From positions 372,001 to 436,000 of the forward strand of contig BCGN01000002.1 of the NCBI GenBank assembly GCA_001599295.1: a stretch of 64,000 nt of DNA, written 5' to 3'. Source of the stretch: Sporopachydermia quercuum. Lineage: Eukaryota. Position 1 is the first letter of the stretch. Each line of letters starts with the position of its first letter. Below are positions 23,467 to 35,884 of the stretch, one piece after another. The position numbers and the translations under genes are program-made. Below the pieces are notes generated by a model. The model had not been told where the DNA came from, searched no databases, and saw only the letters and a program-made list of their open reading frames with translations.

Positions 23467-26397
23467 TTATTTAGTTTCTGATGGTGGGTTTGATTCTCTT
23501 TCACCAATCCCTGATTCTTTATCTGTTGACTTGGTTTGTGGTTCACTTACAGTTCGATCTTCAGTTCTAATAGGAGAGAGATCACCATCGTCAGAAGATG
23601 AGACTTCCTTATCTTTTGTTTCTGCCGACTGTTTAATTTTATCGTCAGTTTTTCGATCTTCTAATGAAGATCTCCCCGAATCATGCGTCCCTATTTTTAT
23701 GGCTTTTCCTTGAGGTAAGTCGGGATTCAGTCCTGGAACTTGTGATATAATCATTTCAAATTTCTCCAAAGCTTTTGCGGCTTGAAGAAATCCCTTAGCA
23801 GAAACTTTGAGTATCCACCTATAATTGAATATTTGATCTTTGAAAAAAATGGACTCTTCAGTTTCTTCGTAAACATAATAATTATCTTTCTTTTGTTCTT
23901 CTTTCAGAGACTTGTCCATGGGTTTCTGAGATTCACCACTCCATGATACTTCTTTGGCAATATCTTCACCACTAGAAGACTTTAAATTGTCTGTCTCGAC
24001 AGAGGTTTTAGCAATAGAGGCCAAAACTCTCTTCTTTGATGTGACATATAACAATACAGCGAACGAACCAATTAGTCCAAAATTTGATGTTGCCGACGAA
24101 TGCCAAAATGATTGAATATGCTCTGGTTTTAAATTTCGCACAAATTCAATAGCTGCTATCAATCTAGTACGCGCGGCATGCCGACAAACATTTGTTAGCT
24201 CTTCAGGAATAGACTTGCCAGAAATATTTCCTCCTCCCATGCCTGAGTCGTCCATATCCAAAGCAGAGGAACTCCAATTATGAGCTTCTGTGTCGGATAT
24301 AACTGTGATAATTCTCCGATGCAACGTGATTTCTGTTGCAAAGTAGGCCAAATGAAGATATCCATTACTACATAATTTCCTTGTTTGAATATTATCCATT
24401 CTCAAACTCTGAGGTAAGTTATGATAAAACTCTCTTAATCTAAACTGGAGAGGTTTGGCAACCGCAAGAACCTTTTCGACTTCATTTACCTCTTTTAAAG
24501 CTTTCATGCTAAACAATCTGTCAAGTATATCATTGAGTATATGAGATAGAGAAACCATACACTTGAAAAGTAACCTACCATTCTCAATATCAACAGATCC
24601 TTCTTTTTCATTATCCATTTCAGTAGTCGATTTTTCGGGAAAGTCCTCGTCAACTACTTCCCCAACTAGCCAGTTATCATTTGAGCTTATATGAGTAGGT
24701 CGACCACTAATTAGCGACAACCATTTATCTTGCAACCATACAGCCCAAGCAAGTCTACGTCTAAGTCCCCTCTCCCATTTTGGTAGTCTCCAATCAGAAC
24801 ACTCTTTTCCCAGCCCAAGCTCTTCAGCTAATGCGACTACTTGACAAGATATAATCCAAGCTTTGCTATCATCGGGAAAGCATTGCAGCAATAATAAACC
24901 TGCTTGTACAGCAGATAATTTCGGTCTTTCTATAACTTCAGAATATGTCTTAACAGCAACCTTATGCAATATTTCAACGTCGGGCTTCGGATGGGTACAC
25001 AGCACAGGATCGTAATCCCACCAGTAGATTCCTAAGGCATATACTGAAGCCAATAAAGGGGCAGAAAATTCTCTGTGTGTTCTAGAATATTTCTCAAGAA
25101 AAACTTTCTTATGAAGAACGGGAAATGACGGATGAACTATTCTGAAAAACAAATCTATTAAAGCCGGTCCAAATGGTGATACAGTTTTTTCCACTATATC
25201 TAAATCTTCTATTGATTTCCTGTATGTTGCCTCCGAATAATCATCCCTCAAAGCGAATATAGCATCAGATGCCACCTTTCTAAGAGAAAATGTGGATGAT
25301 AATTTAACTTGATCTACCCTATCAAAAACTCCTGTATTTAGTACTTTAGTGTCATAAACCGAAGTTGGTCCAACATAAAAAGAAGATCTAGGATATTGTA
25401 AGGATAATGTTTTCTTTAATAACGAATGCCCTTGCAGTTTAGAATAATCTGTAACAGGATCAACTTCTCTGATCTCTTTCTGAGATATTGTCCTTTCGAA
25501 ACCGGAGCCATTCAGTTTAACTTTCTTCAGAGCCTGAGATTGAATTTCTGAACCTGTATCTCCCTTCTTAGTCAAATCCAAGTAAGTACAATGTATTCTT
25601 CTCTGTTTACACTGGTGACAACTGTCGGAATCTGGTTCCAGTACACATTTAGTTTTCCTTCTCCTACAGTTGTCACAAGGGCGAGTTTTGTTTTTCCCTC
25701 TCTTTCTGAATTTTGATTTCAAATCGTCTACTAATGTGCTGGATGATGGTGTTAGCGATTTGTAGTCAATTGTTGTGCTGTTATTTACCTGCGGAGGTCC
25801 ATCTATCGTCATATTGTCCTTCACAGTACCAGCAATTATTAGTTTCTCGGAAGAATTGCTGAGAGAAGAGAAATTGCTAGGAAGAACTGATGAACTGATA
25901 TTTACGCACTTTTGTTCTGATGTAGCGTTTGTAGCACCATGGATTCCATGGTTATTAATACCGAGACTATGAGGCGGTTGAGGTTCGTTTGATCCTTCAT
26001 TTGAAACAGATGGTTCATTCATAGGATTGATCATAGTCGGAGTCATACCAGGAGGGATATTAAATGGCATTTGATGAGAGTGTGGATGTGATTGAGGATG
26101 AGAGTGAGTATGGGAATGAAACTGGTATGTTTCCTGAGGCGACATCTGAAAACCAGTATATACAGGTTGCATTGCCATGTTCATATATGCGTTATTCACC
26201 ATGTTGGGGTGCATGGGATGAGAATTATAACCAGGAAAATTTCCATAGGTAATCCTGGGTGGGATATTGTTAGGAGATTCATTTTTTATATTTGTGCCGT
26301 TCCCATTGCTGTTATTTTGAACAACCTCATCATCTATTTCTGCATGACCGTGGTTGATCCCAGTACCTGAATTGTGGTCGGACAAAGGTGAAACCAT
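23467..26397 (-). CDS. DAL81: Zn(II)2Cys6 transcription factor Dal81/TamA
   Basis: 'RPCDNCRRRKTKC...CHQC..RRIHCTY', 'SLLKKTLSLQYPRSSFYVGPTS' and the fungal TF middle domain 'WERGLRRRLAWA'. Confidence 0.9.
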   Translation of the reverse strand: MVSPLSDHNSGTGINHGHAEIDDEVVQNNSNGNGTNIKNESPNNIPPRITYGNFPGYNSHPMHPNMVNNAYMNMAMQPVYTGFQMSPQETYQFHSHTHSHPQSHPHSHQMPFNIPPGMTPTMINPMNEPSVSNEGSNEPQPPHSLGINNHGIHGATNATSEQKCVNISSSVLPSNFSSLSNSSEKLIIAGTVKDNMTIDGPPQVNNSTTIDYKSLTPSSSTLVDDLKSKFRKRGKNKTRPCDNCRRRKTKCVLEPDSDSCHQCKQRRIHCTYLDLTKKGDTGSEIQSQALKKVKLNGSGFERTISQKEIREVDPVTDYSKLQGHSLLKKTLSLQYPRSSFYVGPTSVYDTKVLNTGVFDRVDQVKLSSTFSLRKVASDAIFALRDDYSEATYRKSIEDLDIVEKTVSPFGPALIDLFFRIVHPSFPVLHKKVFLEKYSRTHREFSAPLLASVYALGIYWWDYDPVLCTHPKPDVEILHKVAVKTYSEVIERPKLSAVQAGLLLLQCFPDDSKAWIISCQVVALAEELGLGKECSDWRLPKWERGLRRRLAWAVWLQDKWLSLISGRPTHISSNDNWLVGEVVDEDFPEKSTTEMDNEKEGSVDIENGRLLFKCMVSLSHILNDILDRLFSMKALKEVNEVEKVLAVAKPLQFRLREFYHNLPQSLRMDNIQTRKLCSNGYLHLAYFATEITLHRRIITVISDTEAHNWSSSALDMDDSGMGGGNISGKSIPEELTNVCRHAARTRLIAAIEFVRNLKPEHIQSFWHSSATSNFGLIGSFAVLLYVTSKKRVLASIAKTSVETDNLKSSSGEDIAKEVSWSGESQKPMDKSLKEEQKKDNYYVYEETEESIFFKDQIFNYRWILKVSAKGFLQAAKALEKFEMIISQVPGLNPDLPQGKAIKIGTHDSGRSSLEDRKTDDKIKQSAETKDKEVSSSDDGDLSPIRTEDRTVSEPQTKSTDKESGIGERESNPPSETK

Positions 26398-27782
26398 TAT
26401 ACCAGTTGTATTTGGTTTACTTCTCCTTTTTTTTTTTTTTTTAATTTGAATTCTCTCTACTCTGGCATTTATCTATCACGTTGACATTAATATCGACTTC
26501 AGTGCCATACTCGATCAATACCCTAAAACCTGCTTCAATAATAAATGCCCAACCGACTATATCCAATACCAAATGTACCAAGAGCGAGAACTGATTGAAA
26601 GATCAAAGCACTTACTTGGCAGGTGATATCGCTAATGATAATTTCTCCAGGAAGCCTGACTAACTACCTACCAGCCAACGTCTCTAAACCGTTTCTTTAC
26701 TTCTAACAAATCAAAGCCACAGTTGTTTGCTGTAAGCTATTTTGCTTATTGCGTGACTGATATTGCTTGATCAACTCTTAGATTGGTTGGTTAAATGAAA
26801 ATTCCGATCCTTTAACATGGATTCCCTTCTCCTAACTGAGTATCACAAGGAAAAGATAAATTGGTTGTTCAAAATGCGAATAGCCAACTGCACAGAAGAA
26901 AGAATATGAAATAAGTTAAGCGGAAAACAACTAGTAATATCAATTGGTCGATTATGATTTCACTGACTAGAAATGTCAAACAGCAATAGCTGAACAGTCT
27001 TTTTCCACTTGATTTTTGTAACAATAATATACTTCTTTCAATACGGTGATTTACTCACTTATTCTTTTGTTTTATTCTTATATTCATTTATTCTTTTTGC
27101 TACAATTAACTTTAACTATTTACTTAACTCGTTTAGACACTTAACTTGTAGTAGTTGCCGACACACAGATTTCTAGATGGGAGTATCTAATACTTGTTTA
27201 GGCAAGCAAAGCCGCTCTCGAGCGAATTACTCAATGAGCAAGGATAAGACAACCACAACATGTTCTGAGAAGAAAGCAAGAAATATATTACAACTTACGA
27301 ATAAATTATCCTAATTTTTATTTAAAGAAATTGCTTTGAAAATCCTAACGACTATCCCTTGCTGCCTTTATTACAATATCACTTTGTTGACAATGGAATA
27401 TATATGAACTGTTTGACTTGGGGCACATAAAGTAGGGAGGTGGTTAATAAGTAGATACGGTACAAACAGGAGAGGACAGTGAAGATTATATCAATAATGA
27501 TGCTTTATTTATGAGATCGAGCAATTTGAATATTTTGATTGACTGAATGAGAGGAGACAGCTACACAATAATAATAAGGTTAATAAACCTACGTAAAGAA
27601 AAACATTCAAGTCTTGTCACAATTCTACAAACAATATACTTAGAAAAGAGTTGTTCAGCTTAACATAAATATTCATAACTAAATATTGATCGAAATATAA
27701 AGATAGACTTTGAATCTATGGTTATAATGCACTAAGACACTGAAGATATACACACTAGTTGACACAAATTGATACTTGTCGC

Positions 27783-28634
27783 CTAGTCAAAAGGAGTAAG
27801 GTAAGCTTCAGCAACAAATCTAGCCCGTGCATTGAGGAAAAGTTTCATCTCTGATATTTCCTTATCAACTTCCTCCATGAACTCGATGATGAAATCAACG
27901 AGCTTATGTTTAAGCATTTGCTCTGTATGAACATTGGTAACTAGAAAAGAGATATCATATCCAGGTATTGGTTTCCGTCGTAATATATAGAATGCTTCTG
28001 CTCGACCAGTCAAAAATCTTGTAAACTTGTGGACTAGAATGGTTTCAATCTCATCAGCTTGTTTAATCTTAATTGAAACACGAGTTGAGTTGATACTTGG
28101 TTCAATTAACACTTTTTCATTTTCGTTTCGAGCAATCACCATAGGATTCAACAAAACTTCAAGAGTATCCCTTTGAGTAGATGTTAACATTATGAAACAT
28201 GAAACAACGTCCCAATTATGAATAGTGTCAATAGGAATGTATAATAATGATAAGAAAAACATACCGTGCTTCAATTTCTGGTTTATTATGTCTCTCGACA
28301 GTTTGTGATGGGAAATCTTCTAAACATAGTGCCGCAGTCAATGAACTACGAACAGCAGTTAAATAAGGTCTTAACGATTGAGCCTAGATAGTAGTATAAT
28401 GTTCCGGTCTGCATCATCAAAAAACACGATTGGTCATATACAAAGAGTCACAGACATTATTTTAGTCTCATTTCCCTGGAACGTAAAGTTCCCAAACTCT
28501 TTAAGCAAGCGTGTTAATTGATTCATGATGCCCAAGGAACCCCCAACTCTGTTAGAAATACATTCAAGTACCAAGTTAATCAAACTAAAATCAGATACTC
28601 CAATTAGCCAGTGCTGCTTTCATTTACTTACCAT
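27783..28634 (-). CDS. ARC19: Arp2/3 complex subunit ARPC4; exons 28634-28632 (ATG only), 28383-28265 and 28170-27783
   Basis: Spliced product [22 protein letters not shown]...[21 protein letters not shown]...[18 protein letters not shown]. Introns GTAAGT...TAG and GTATGT...TGTTAAC...AAG. Confidence 0.93.
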
Positions 28635-29372
28635 TTTGATCCTTCAGTGCGTAAACAGTCAACTATCTTCGTTTTGGGAAATTTCTCCAATTAAACCAAC
28701 TCCTACAATATAAAGGCAGCTTCCAACTTATATGTGGTCCTTACGAAGGAGTATTCAATAGTCCATCAATATTTCTGACACCTTACCTATAAAGTCCCAG
28801 GAAATGCAGTAAATTAGGGATACTTGACAATATCTTGAGAAAAATACTTTCACCTATTCTAATCAGTTTGGACTCTGTTAATAGATAGATCATACATCTC
28901 GGTTCCTTCCTTATGCCTCCCTTCTCTTTGATTATTATTGTTCTCAGTAACCGAAATATGAATAGACTTCGATCTCTGGGAATTATAGGGGGGTTACCTG
29001 CGAGATCACTTATCAACTTATCCAGCGAAATAACGGGAATATTCTGAAGACTTTTTTGAGAGATACATTACCCGGATTTATATGAAGAGGAAATAAATGT
29101 AAAGCGATGATTATATGGAAAACCTTGTAATTATGAAGAAAATCAATTAACTATATGTATAACGAGTAACTAGCGAGAGGGCAGTTCATTGAACGTGACT
29201 TAATATCTGTTTGAAAAGATTATTTGCTCTACCAAAGATATCACACACCTTTGCTCTTCTTATTATAAGAGCATATTTGATTATTGGCTCAAATCTGAGT
29301 TATCGGTAAGACTCGGGAAGTAAAGTTAAATTGTAAATCAGTCTCAGAAAGATAACAAAGTTGATCATTATA

Positions 29373-31310
29373 ATGGCTTGGGAAACACATCAAGATGAAG
29401 AAGGTAGAGAGTATTTCTATAATCCAGAGACTCAGGTGTCGACATGGGATAAACCAGAAGAGCTTATGACTTCGCTGGAAAGGGCTTTGTTATTAACCGA
29501 CTGGAAAGAGTATAAATCAGAGGAAGGCCAGATTTATTATTACAATACTAAAACAGAAGAAAGTGTATGGGAAATACCAAAAGAAGTTCAAGCTACAATA
29601 GATCAGCATTCAAAAAGTGCTGGACAAGAAATTGAACAAGAAGATTACATAAATAAAGCACGAAAGGGTATCACATCAGTATCTGAATCTGGTGATAGAG
29701 ACAATGATTTTGATGGTCAGAATCCTTATGTTGAGCGTGGGAACCCTTTTAGTAATAACAGCCAACTTGTCATTAAAGGACTCGCTAATTTTCTAACAAA
29801 GAAGGCTCAGGATGGTAGTGAGAATGTACAGAAATTCAAAGATATGCTTGTACGAGAAGGGGTTGATCATACGTGGACGTTTGCAAAAGTCATGGATAGT
29901 TTGATTGGCAATAGCGAGTATTGGCTATTGAGCGATTCTCTCAAAAGAAAGGAAATTTTTGAGGAATATCTCAAAGAGCTCACAGTAACTGCTTACAAAA
30001 ATGCACATGAACGAAGAGAGCAAATCAGGAGTGAATTTGGTGAAGCTTTAGAGAAGCTAAAAACTGAAGGTAAGATTAAATATTATACTCGCTGGAGAAC
30101 TGCGAAGGAAGTACTGAAGGATGAGAAGATTTTCAATGATACTTCAATCCCTTTGTTATTCAAGAAGCACATATTTGATGATTATGTTTCAGAATTGCGT
30201 AGCGAAAGAGAGAAGGTATTGAAGCAAAAGAAAAAATCTGCTTTAGATGGATTCATTCGAATACTCAATCTTCCTGAGGTTAATCTTAATGTGTACTCAA
30301 CATGGGGAGAAACCTTGGAGAAGTTTTCTCAAACCGAAGAGTTTCTTGCACATAAAAAGGATTTATTTAACAAGAAGTATGTCAATAAGCTAGATTTACT
30401 CCACGCATTCGAGGTGGTTATTGAAGAAGGTCTAAGGAGAGAGTACTTCGAGAAAAAGTCTCAATTAAAGAAACAGCAACAAGTAGAGTATAGTAAGAAT
30501 CGTATTGCCTTTGTCAAACTTCTTAATGAACTGAGAAAAGGAGAAATCATAAATATGAAGACAAAATGGGTGGATATATTTGACAGTTATTTGAAAAACG
30601 ATCAGAGTTTTATAAATTTATGTGGGCAACCAGGTTCAAACCCATTGGAACTATTTTGGGACATTATTGAGGAAGAGAGACAAAGTTTACGGACAAAGAG
30701 AGAACTTGTGCTGGATTTATTCTTATCATCACCTAAAATGAGTGAATTCAGAGTAACTGAAGATACCACACTTGATGAATTTTTAATGAGTATCACTACA
30801 GCGTTATCGGACTCAAAACTTGGAACTAACTATTCTGTGCGTGACTTCAGTTCAAATATGCTGAAAATTATATACGAGAGCCTAAAAGAGTCGAGTCTAG
30901 AACATCAATCAGTAAATATTGAGACCGAGAAAAGAATGAAAAGAAAACAGTATGAAGATTTTAAATCCGCATTGAAATACCTTGTAAAACCGAGAGTGTT
31001 GACTTCGGATGATAGGTGGAATGATATCAAGCCTTTGATCGTCAACACAAGAGAGTATCAAGTTCTTCAAAGTGATTTACTAGCAGAAGAAGCTTTCAAA
31101 GATTACCTTAATATGTTACAAAAAAGAGCTGCGCAGGAAAGAGAGTATAAGAAGAGGGTAGATGATCGTGGGGAAAAGCAGAATTTCTACATGAAGGATT
31201 CATACCGTGGTACTCATTCTGAGTATCTTACAAAGCCGCTACCGTACAACGTGATCCCTGGCGCGTCAGGTGAAGTAATATCAGAGTCTGAAATGACCCT
31301 AGACTATTGA
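29373..31310 (+). CDS. PRP40: U1 snRNP protein Prp40 (two WW domains, FF repeats)
   Basis: WW domains 'W....DEEGREYFYNPETQVSTWDKP' and 'WKEYKSEEGQIYYYNTKTEESVWEIP', FF repeats, and 'GQPGSNPLELFWD'. Confidence 0.93.
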   Translation: MAWETHQDEEGREYFYNPETQVSTWDKPEELMTSLERALLLTDWKEYKSEEGQIYYYNTKTEESVWEIPKEVQATIDQHSKSAGQEIEQEDYINKARKGITSVSESGDRDNDFDGQNPYVERGNPFSNNSQLVIKGLANFLTKKAQDGSENVQKFKDMLVREGVDHTWTFAKVMDSLIGNSEYWLLSDSLKRKEIFEEYLKELTVTAYKNAHERREQIRSEFGEALEKLKTEGKIKYYTRWRTAKEVLKDEKIFNDTSIPLLFKKHIFDDYVSELRSEREKVLKQKKKSALDGFIRILNLPEVNLNVYSTWGETLEKFSQTEEFLAHKKDLFNKKYVNKLDLLHAFEVVIEEGLRREYFEKKSQLKKQQQVEYSKNRIAFVKLLNELRKGEIINMKTKWVDIFDSYLKNDQSFINLCGQPGSNPLELFWDIIEEERQSLRTKRELVLDLFLSSPKMSEFRVTEDTTLDEFLMSITTALSDSKLGTNYSVRDFSSNMLKIIYESLKESSLEHQSVNIETEKRMKRKQYEDFKSALKYLVKPRVLTSDDRWNDIKPLIVNTREYQVLQSDLLAEEAFKDYLNMLQKRAAQEREYKKRVDDRGEKQNFYMKDSYRGTHSEYLTKPLPYNVIPGASGEVISESEMTLDY

Positions 31311-31431
31311 TTTCAGCTTATATGTGTATACTATCACCGATCTCATACACTATTCCTTTGTGAATTATGCTTTCTAGGGGACTACATGTTACTAGCTTAT
31401 TAATGTAATTGATAGATATATTGTAGCGTAA

Positions 31432-31827
31432 TCAACCTGAAGATACTGGAGGTATGAAAGAAATTTCAGAACGATTGCGAACTTTAACACTGATGTCCTT
31501 GAATATTCTCACTAGTTCTTCGTACTCCACATGAGAAGTCCTTTCGTGGATCTCAACATATTCCAAATCGATCGCTATTCCACATGTCGACATGACATAC
31601 TTTAGGAATCTGTTATCGGCATTGTGTAGCTTATCCAGCCCGTTCAACAAATCCCATAGCTTGATAGTTAACTCAGGTGAGGTAGTTGTCCCCTGGGGAA
31701 GATTATCTGAAGATATCCTGATTGTATCGTCCTCATTATTTATTATATGAACTGTTTCTGAATCTGTATCTATTATTTCTTTCATGGGCCCGAAGTAATC
31801 TAAATCAATCGAAATAGCTGTGAACAT
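31432..31827 (-). CDS. MOCS2A: Molybdopterin synthase sulfur carrier subunit (MOCS2A/CnxG, MoaD/ThiS fold)
   Basis: N-terminal 'YFG', central 'V.STC.IAID.EYV' and C-terminal 'EISFIPPVSSG*', matching the fungal CnxG pattern (YFA...VLSSC.I.L..EYV...EVAIIPPVSSG). Confidence 0.82.
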   Translation of the reverse strand: MFTAISIDLDYFGPMKEIIDTDSETVHIINNEDDTIRISSDNLPQGTTTSPELTIKLWDLLNGLDKLHNADNRFLKYVMSTCGIAIDLEYVEIHERTSHVEYEELVRIFKDISVKVRNRSEISFIPPVSSG

Positions 31828-32218
31828 GTTGAGTATAGTATAGTATACCTCCCAACTACCAAGAAAATATTGGTATTAGTGTTTTGTAGATATTCAACGA
31901 AAGAGAGCTATTATAGTGGAACAGTGCATGTTTGAACTTCGTGGATTAAGCTCAAAGACTCAATGAAAAGAATCAAATAAACTATACAAATGTTATACGT
32001 AGGTAGTTCTATCTCTTACAATTCCAAGCCTTAAAATACCATACACGAATCTTGCCCTTGTCTTGACAGAAATGCTATAATATAATCATGAAGTTCTGAG
32101 GAATGAGGGTATAATGTAATTAGTATAAGAAATCATGGAGAGAGAGAGAAAGTTAGATAAGATCTGAGTGAAAAAATAGAAAAGAAAAGACAAAAAAAAA
32201 TATCTATGAAAAAGAGAA

Positions 32219-32290
32219 AGCTCGCAATCGGAATCGAACCGATAACCGGCAGATCTGCAATCTGATGCGCTACCATTGCGCCATACGAGC
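32219..32290 (-). tRNA. tRNA-Cys (GCA), intronless
   Basis: GCTCGTATGGCGCAATGGTAGCGCATCAGATTGCAGATCTGCCGGTTATCGGTTCGATTCCGATTGCGAGCT folds as a cloverleaf with anticodon GCA (32258-32256), U73 discriminator, A and B boxes, and a downstream oligo-T terminator. Confidence 0.97.
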
Positions 32291-33284
32291 TTTGGAGTTT
32301 TGTTACTGTCCGATCATACATCATTCAGTAAAATAAAATGAATTTTAAGAAAAATTGAAGAATTGTATTAGAATTCTTACTCTTTTCCCTTCTTCTCCTT
32401 CTTCTTAGTAGTAATCAGAAAGAAAAGAATGAGAGNAAATAAACAGCGAGGTAAATAGTATAAATATAAAACACATATAGGTATACTAAATAGTTAAGAT
32501 GGTCACGTTATAGTCATATGTCATGAGTGATAAGTAATGTATGGCTTGGTTACAGTCTCTGTTTTCACTCCTAAGTATTCGACCACTGAGTTAAAGACAT
32601 ACTTAGCATCAACCTAAAACTGCTAATATTGCTACTAAATTACATTACATATTTTACTATATTCAATTTGTTTATTTATATGTTACTATGCAACCTAATA
32701 ATGACCCGACAAACAATAGTTGGACAATATCTGGAGTGTCATGTACCTACCTACCTGAAGAGATAACTTGGGTTTGAATCATGTGTACTTAGACCTACTC
32801 TATCAACTACTTGATTCGTTTGGGTGCTAAAGAAAGTTGTTAACTGTTCTTTTTCTTTCAATTTGATTTTGTTGAATGAAATCCTTTAAAAAGCCACTTG
32901 TTATAACTTATGATCATTACTCTTATACACATGCTCAATTTCTTTTATATATCTATCAATCATTCATGGCACCAAACAGCTAGCTAATGATCTAGGATTT
33001 CTCACCCTTTCCATAGATCATTCAAACTTGCATATTAATGCATAAACTTTATCCTTAAAGTGTTTTGATTATTCCTTTTCTGTAGATCGTATAGGTTATC
33101 CTCATTCTTACTTTCTTTCTTCATTTTTATTGATTTATAGATTAGTCTGGAGTTCTTCGAACTCTTTAAAGTACTACGGTAGAAGAGTCAAGAGTCAATT
33201 GGAATATTCAAACCCTTCAAAAAAGACTGAATTCATTCCAAATAAATTTCCAGCTGGTTCATTGTCTCAAATCATCACAGGGCA

Positions 33285-35593
33285 ATGAGTTCAAGTCGAA
33301 TACCTATACCAACAAACACTCCCAAACGGAGAAGCCTGGTTGATATAACTAACAGCGCTGGGATTACGATCTCATCCATATCAAAACCCGGAGATTTCAA
33401 ATCACAAATGAAAAACTTTGAGACGGTTTCTGCAAGTAGTACAGTATTTGATGGTTCTGATGAATTGGAAAATGACCAGAGGCTGAATATGTATGACAGG
33501 GCAGAGCCTGGTCCAACATTAGGAGCACCTCAAAAAGCTCTAAATGCAATTTCACAGGCAGCAACTAACATCAGGATAAAAAGTCAAGATCTGAGAAATA
33601 ATGTGGAATCAAATGTATACAGCCAACTAACGACTCCGTGTGTGGCAAGATCAAAGTTAAATAATGGATTCCGTGCATTGTCCTCTGTCAGGAAAGACCA
33701 AAGCGCTGAATCAATCTCACGTTATACCACAGACAATTTTAGTGCAGTGTTGAAAACCATGGAAAAAGAAAGGAAAGACGGAATGGATTTGTTAAAAGAT
33801 TTTCTTGATTCACAGGAAAAAGAGATTGAAGAGCTGGTACAAAAATGCGAGAGTTTGGATAGGGGATTATTAGGGGCCGCAAGCAAGAAGCGTGATCTGG
33901 AGGATGCTATTTTCAACTCTGAAAACGAACTTGTGATGTTGAAAAGTAAAAAAAATAGGGCCGATTTAGAAACAGACAGAGAATTCATGGAATATAGGGT
34001 GTACGAGGATAAAAAGCTACAACAGAAACAGAACGAACTATCAGTGGAATTGCAGGAAATACAGAAAGCTCTGATAGATGCGCTGAATAAACTAGAAGCA
34101 GAAGATGATAGTGAGTTTAGTAAGCAAAAGGATTTACTGACCAAACAACTAGCAAAGTTAAATGATGAGTTATTTCAACAGAGACGGGCAGTTAATGAAG
34201 CAGTAAGCTCAGAGAGAATGGTACATAAGAATAAGCTTTTGGATCTAGATACCCTGCTCAACTCGACAAAACAAGCAGTTCAGTCTGAGTTTGACGAAAT
34301 CAGCTTGACATCCCAGGAAAAACTCAACGAGCTCCAACAATTATCTATGGCTTTGGATAATCTTTTGACAGAGTTTTCGGAAAAGGCATCTAAGCTGAAT
34401 CATCAAACTCATGTTCTTCGTACATTTGATGATGAAAGAATGTCATTAGAAATGCAAGTGCAATCTTTACGGAGCTCTCTGAGTGAGGTACTAGAACAAG
34501 AAGGTGTACTAAAAGAAATGGTAAAAGAGTCACAGGACATTTTAGACACATTTGAGAGCAAAATATATAAAGAAAAGATAATACAGCATAGATTACAGTA
34601 TTTGATACGTGACTTGAAAGGTCACATACCTGTTTTCATAAATTTAGAAACTTCGAGTGAGGTAGAAAATGAAACTGAAATACTTCTTTCTGATCTGAGC
34701 ATTGAGGATCAAAAACAAGACCTCATGCTTAAAGGTTCTGAACAAACTAAATCATTCAGATTTGATTCAATAACAGTTAATGATAAAGGAACCCAATTTT
34801 GTTCAAATATTGTTGGACAATTGGAGCTAGGTTTCAATGGATGTAATATATGTTGCGTTATAATTGCAGATCCTTCTAGTAATTTACTAGCTGACAAGGG
34901 CGAACCATTTTTGATTTCTGTACAACAAAAGCTTGATGAACTAAAAGATAGATTCCGTGTCAAAAATACTGACATTCATCTATCTTGCAAGAGTGTATGT
35001 TATGAAGGCGAATTTAAGAGGATTACAACTGATGATGAGAACAATGAATTAGGCCTTGATTGTAAGAATAGGTCTGGCCTGAGGTTATATTCTTTGTTTT
35101 CTGATGCAACAAGTCAAGAATTTTGTTGGGACATTCTGGTGAAGAAACCGGAAATGGAAGAAGCAAGTGTTAACCAGGTAAGGTTTCTGATTATTCCTAC
35201 AAAGCAAATTGATACACTTGTATCTCTTATCGAAAATCAGACAACTGTATGTATTCCTTTTTGAGATTGATAATATTACGTTATCAGGTGGAACAAAGAG
35301 GGAAATTTCAAATGTAGCCAGGGACCCAAAAACTAACATTGCGGTAGGAAAAAGTAATGGGTACTTGGCAGACATTGCTGAAGGCAAAGCTATCAGTTTT
35401 GCTATCAATTTCTGTTGAAAATGAAAGTGAGCTAATGAATCTCCTCTCGATTGGTTCAAAGGTATGTGAATTCTAATTCCTAATTAATTTGTAAAAAAGA
35501 TGGCACTTTTCTTTTGTATTACCCTAATAAAACTAACATGTTTCTTAGATTTCAAGTTTTCCAATGCCAATGAAGTCCTTGAAATCGTTGTAG
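33285..35593 (+). CDS. Cik1/Vik1-like kinesin-14 partner (coiled coil + degenerate motor-homology domain); exons 33285-35246, 35348-35461 and 35549-35593
   Basis: Long coiled coil, then 'RLQYLIRDLKGHIPVF' (kinesin-14 neck) and 'SFRFD', with no P-loop. Two GTATGT...AACTAAC...TAG introns (35247-35347, 35462-35548) add a kinesin-like C-terminus, giving ~706 aa. Confidence 0.75.
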
Positions 35594-35600
35594 AGCTCTT

Positions 35601-35620
35601 TGTGTGTGTGTGTGTGTGTG
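35601..35620. repeat. (TG)10 microsatellite
   Basis: Directly visible, just after the stop codon. Confidence 0.9.
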
Positions 35621-35884
35621 TTTGCATGTATTTTAAAACGTTTTGATGTGGGATGGGCAGGTATTAGTAAGACAGGGATTTATTTATAGTATAATAACAT
35701 TATAACTACGGTTACATAATAATGGTGCTTATTCGATACCAAATTAAGTAGTTAGCGCATAGGTAAAAATAGTACAGTAATCCGTGCCTTTGATCCGGTC
35801 AACTTGAACAATCTACACTGATTGTTTACAGTATATGATGAATGTAAAATATTACATCCGATCTACCACAAATATATGAATTAA

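Noticed and set aside
35209..35418. Overlapping ORF suggesting a programmed frameshift at the end of the CIK1-like gene
   Set aside because: Two canonical introns fully explain the C-terminal continuation.
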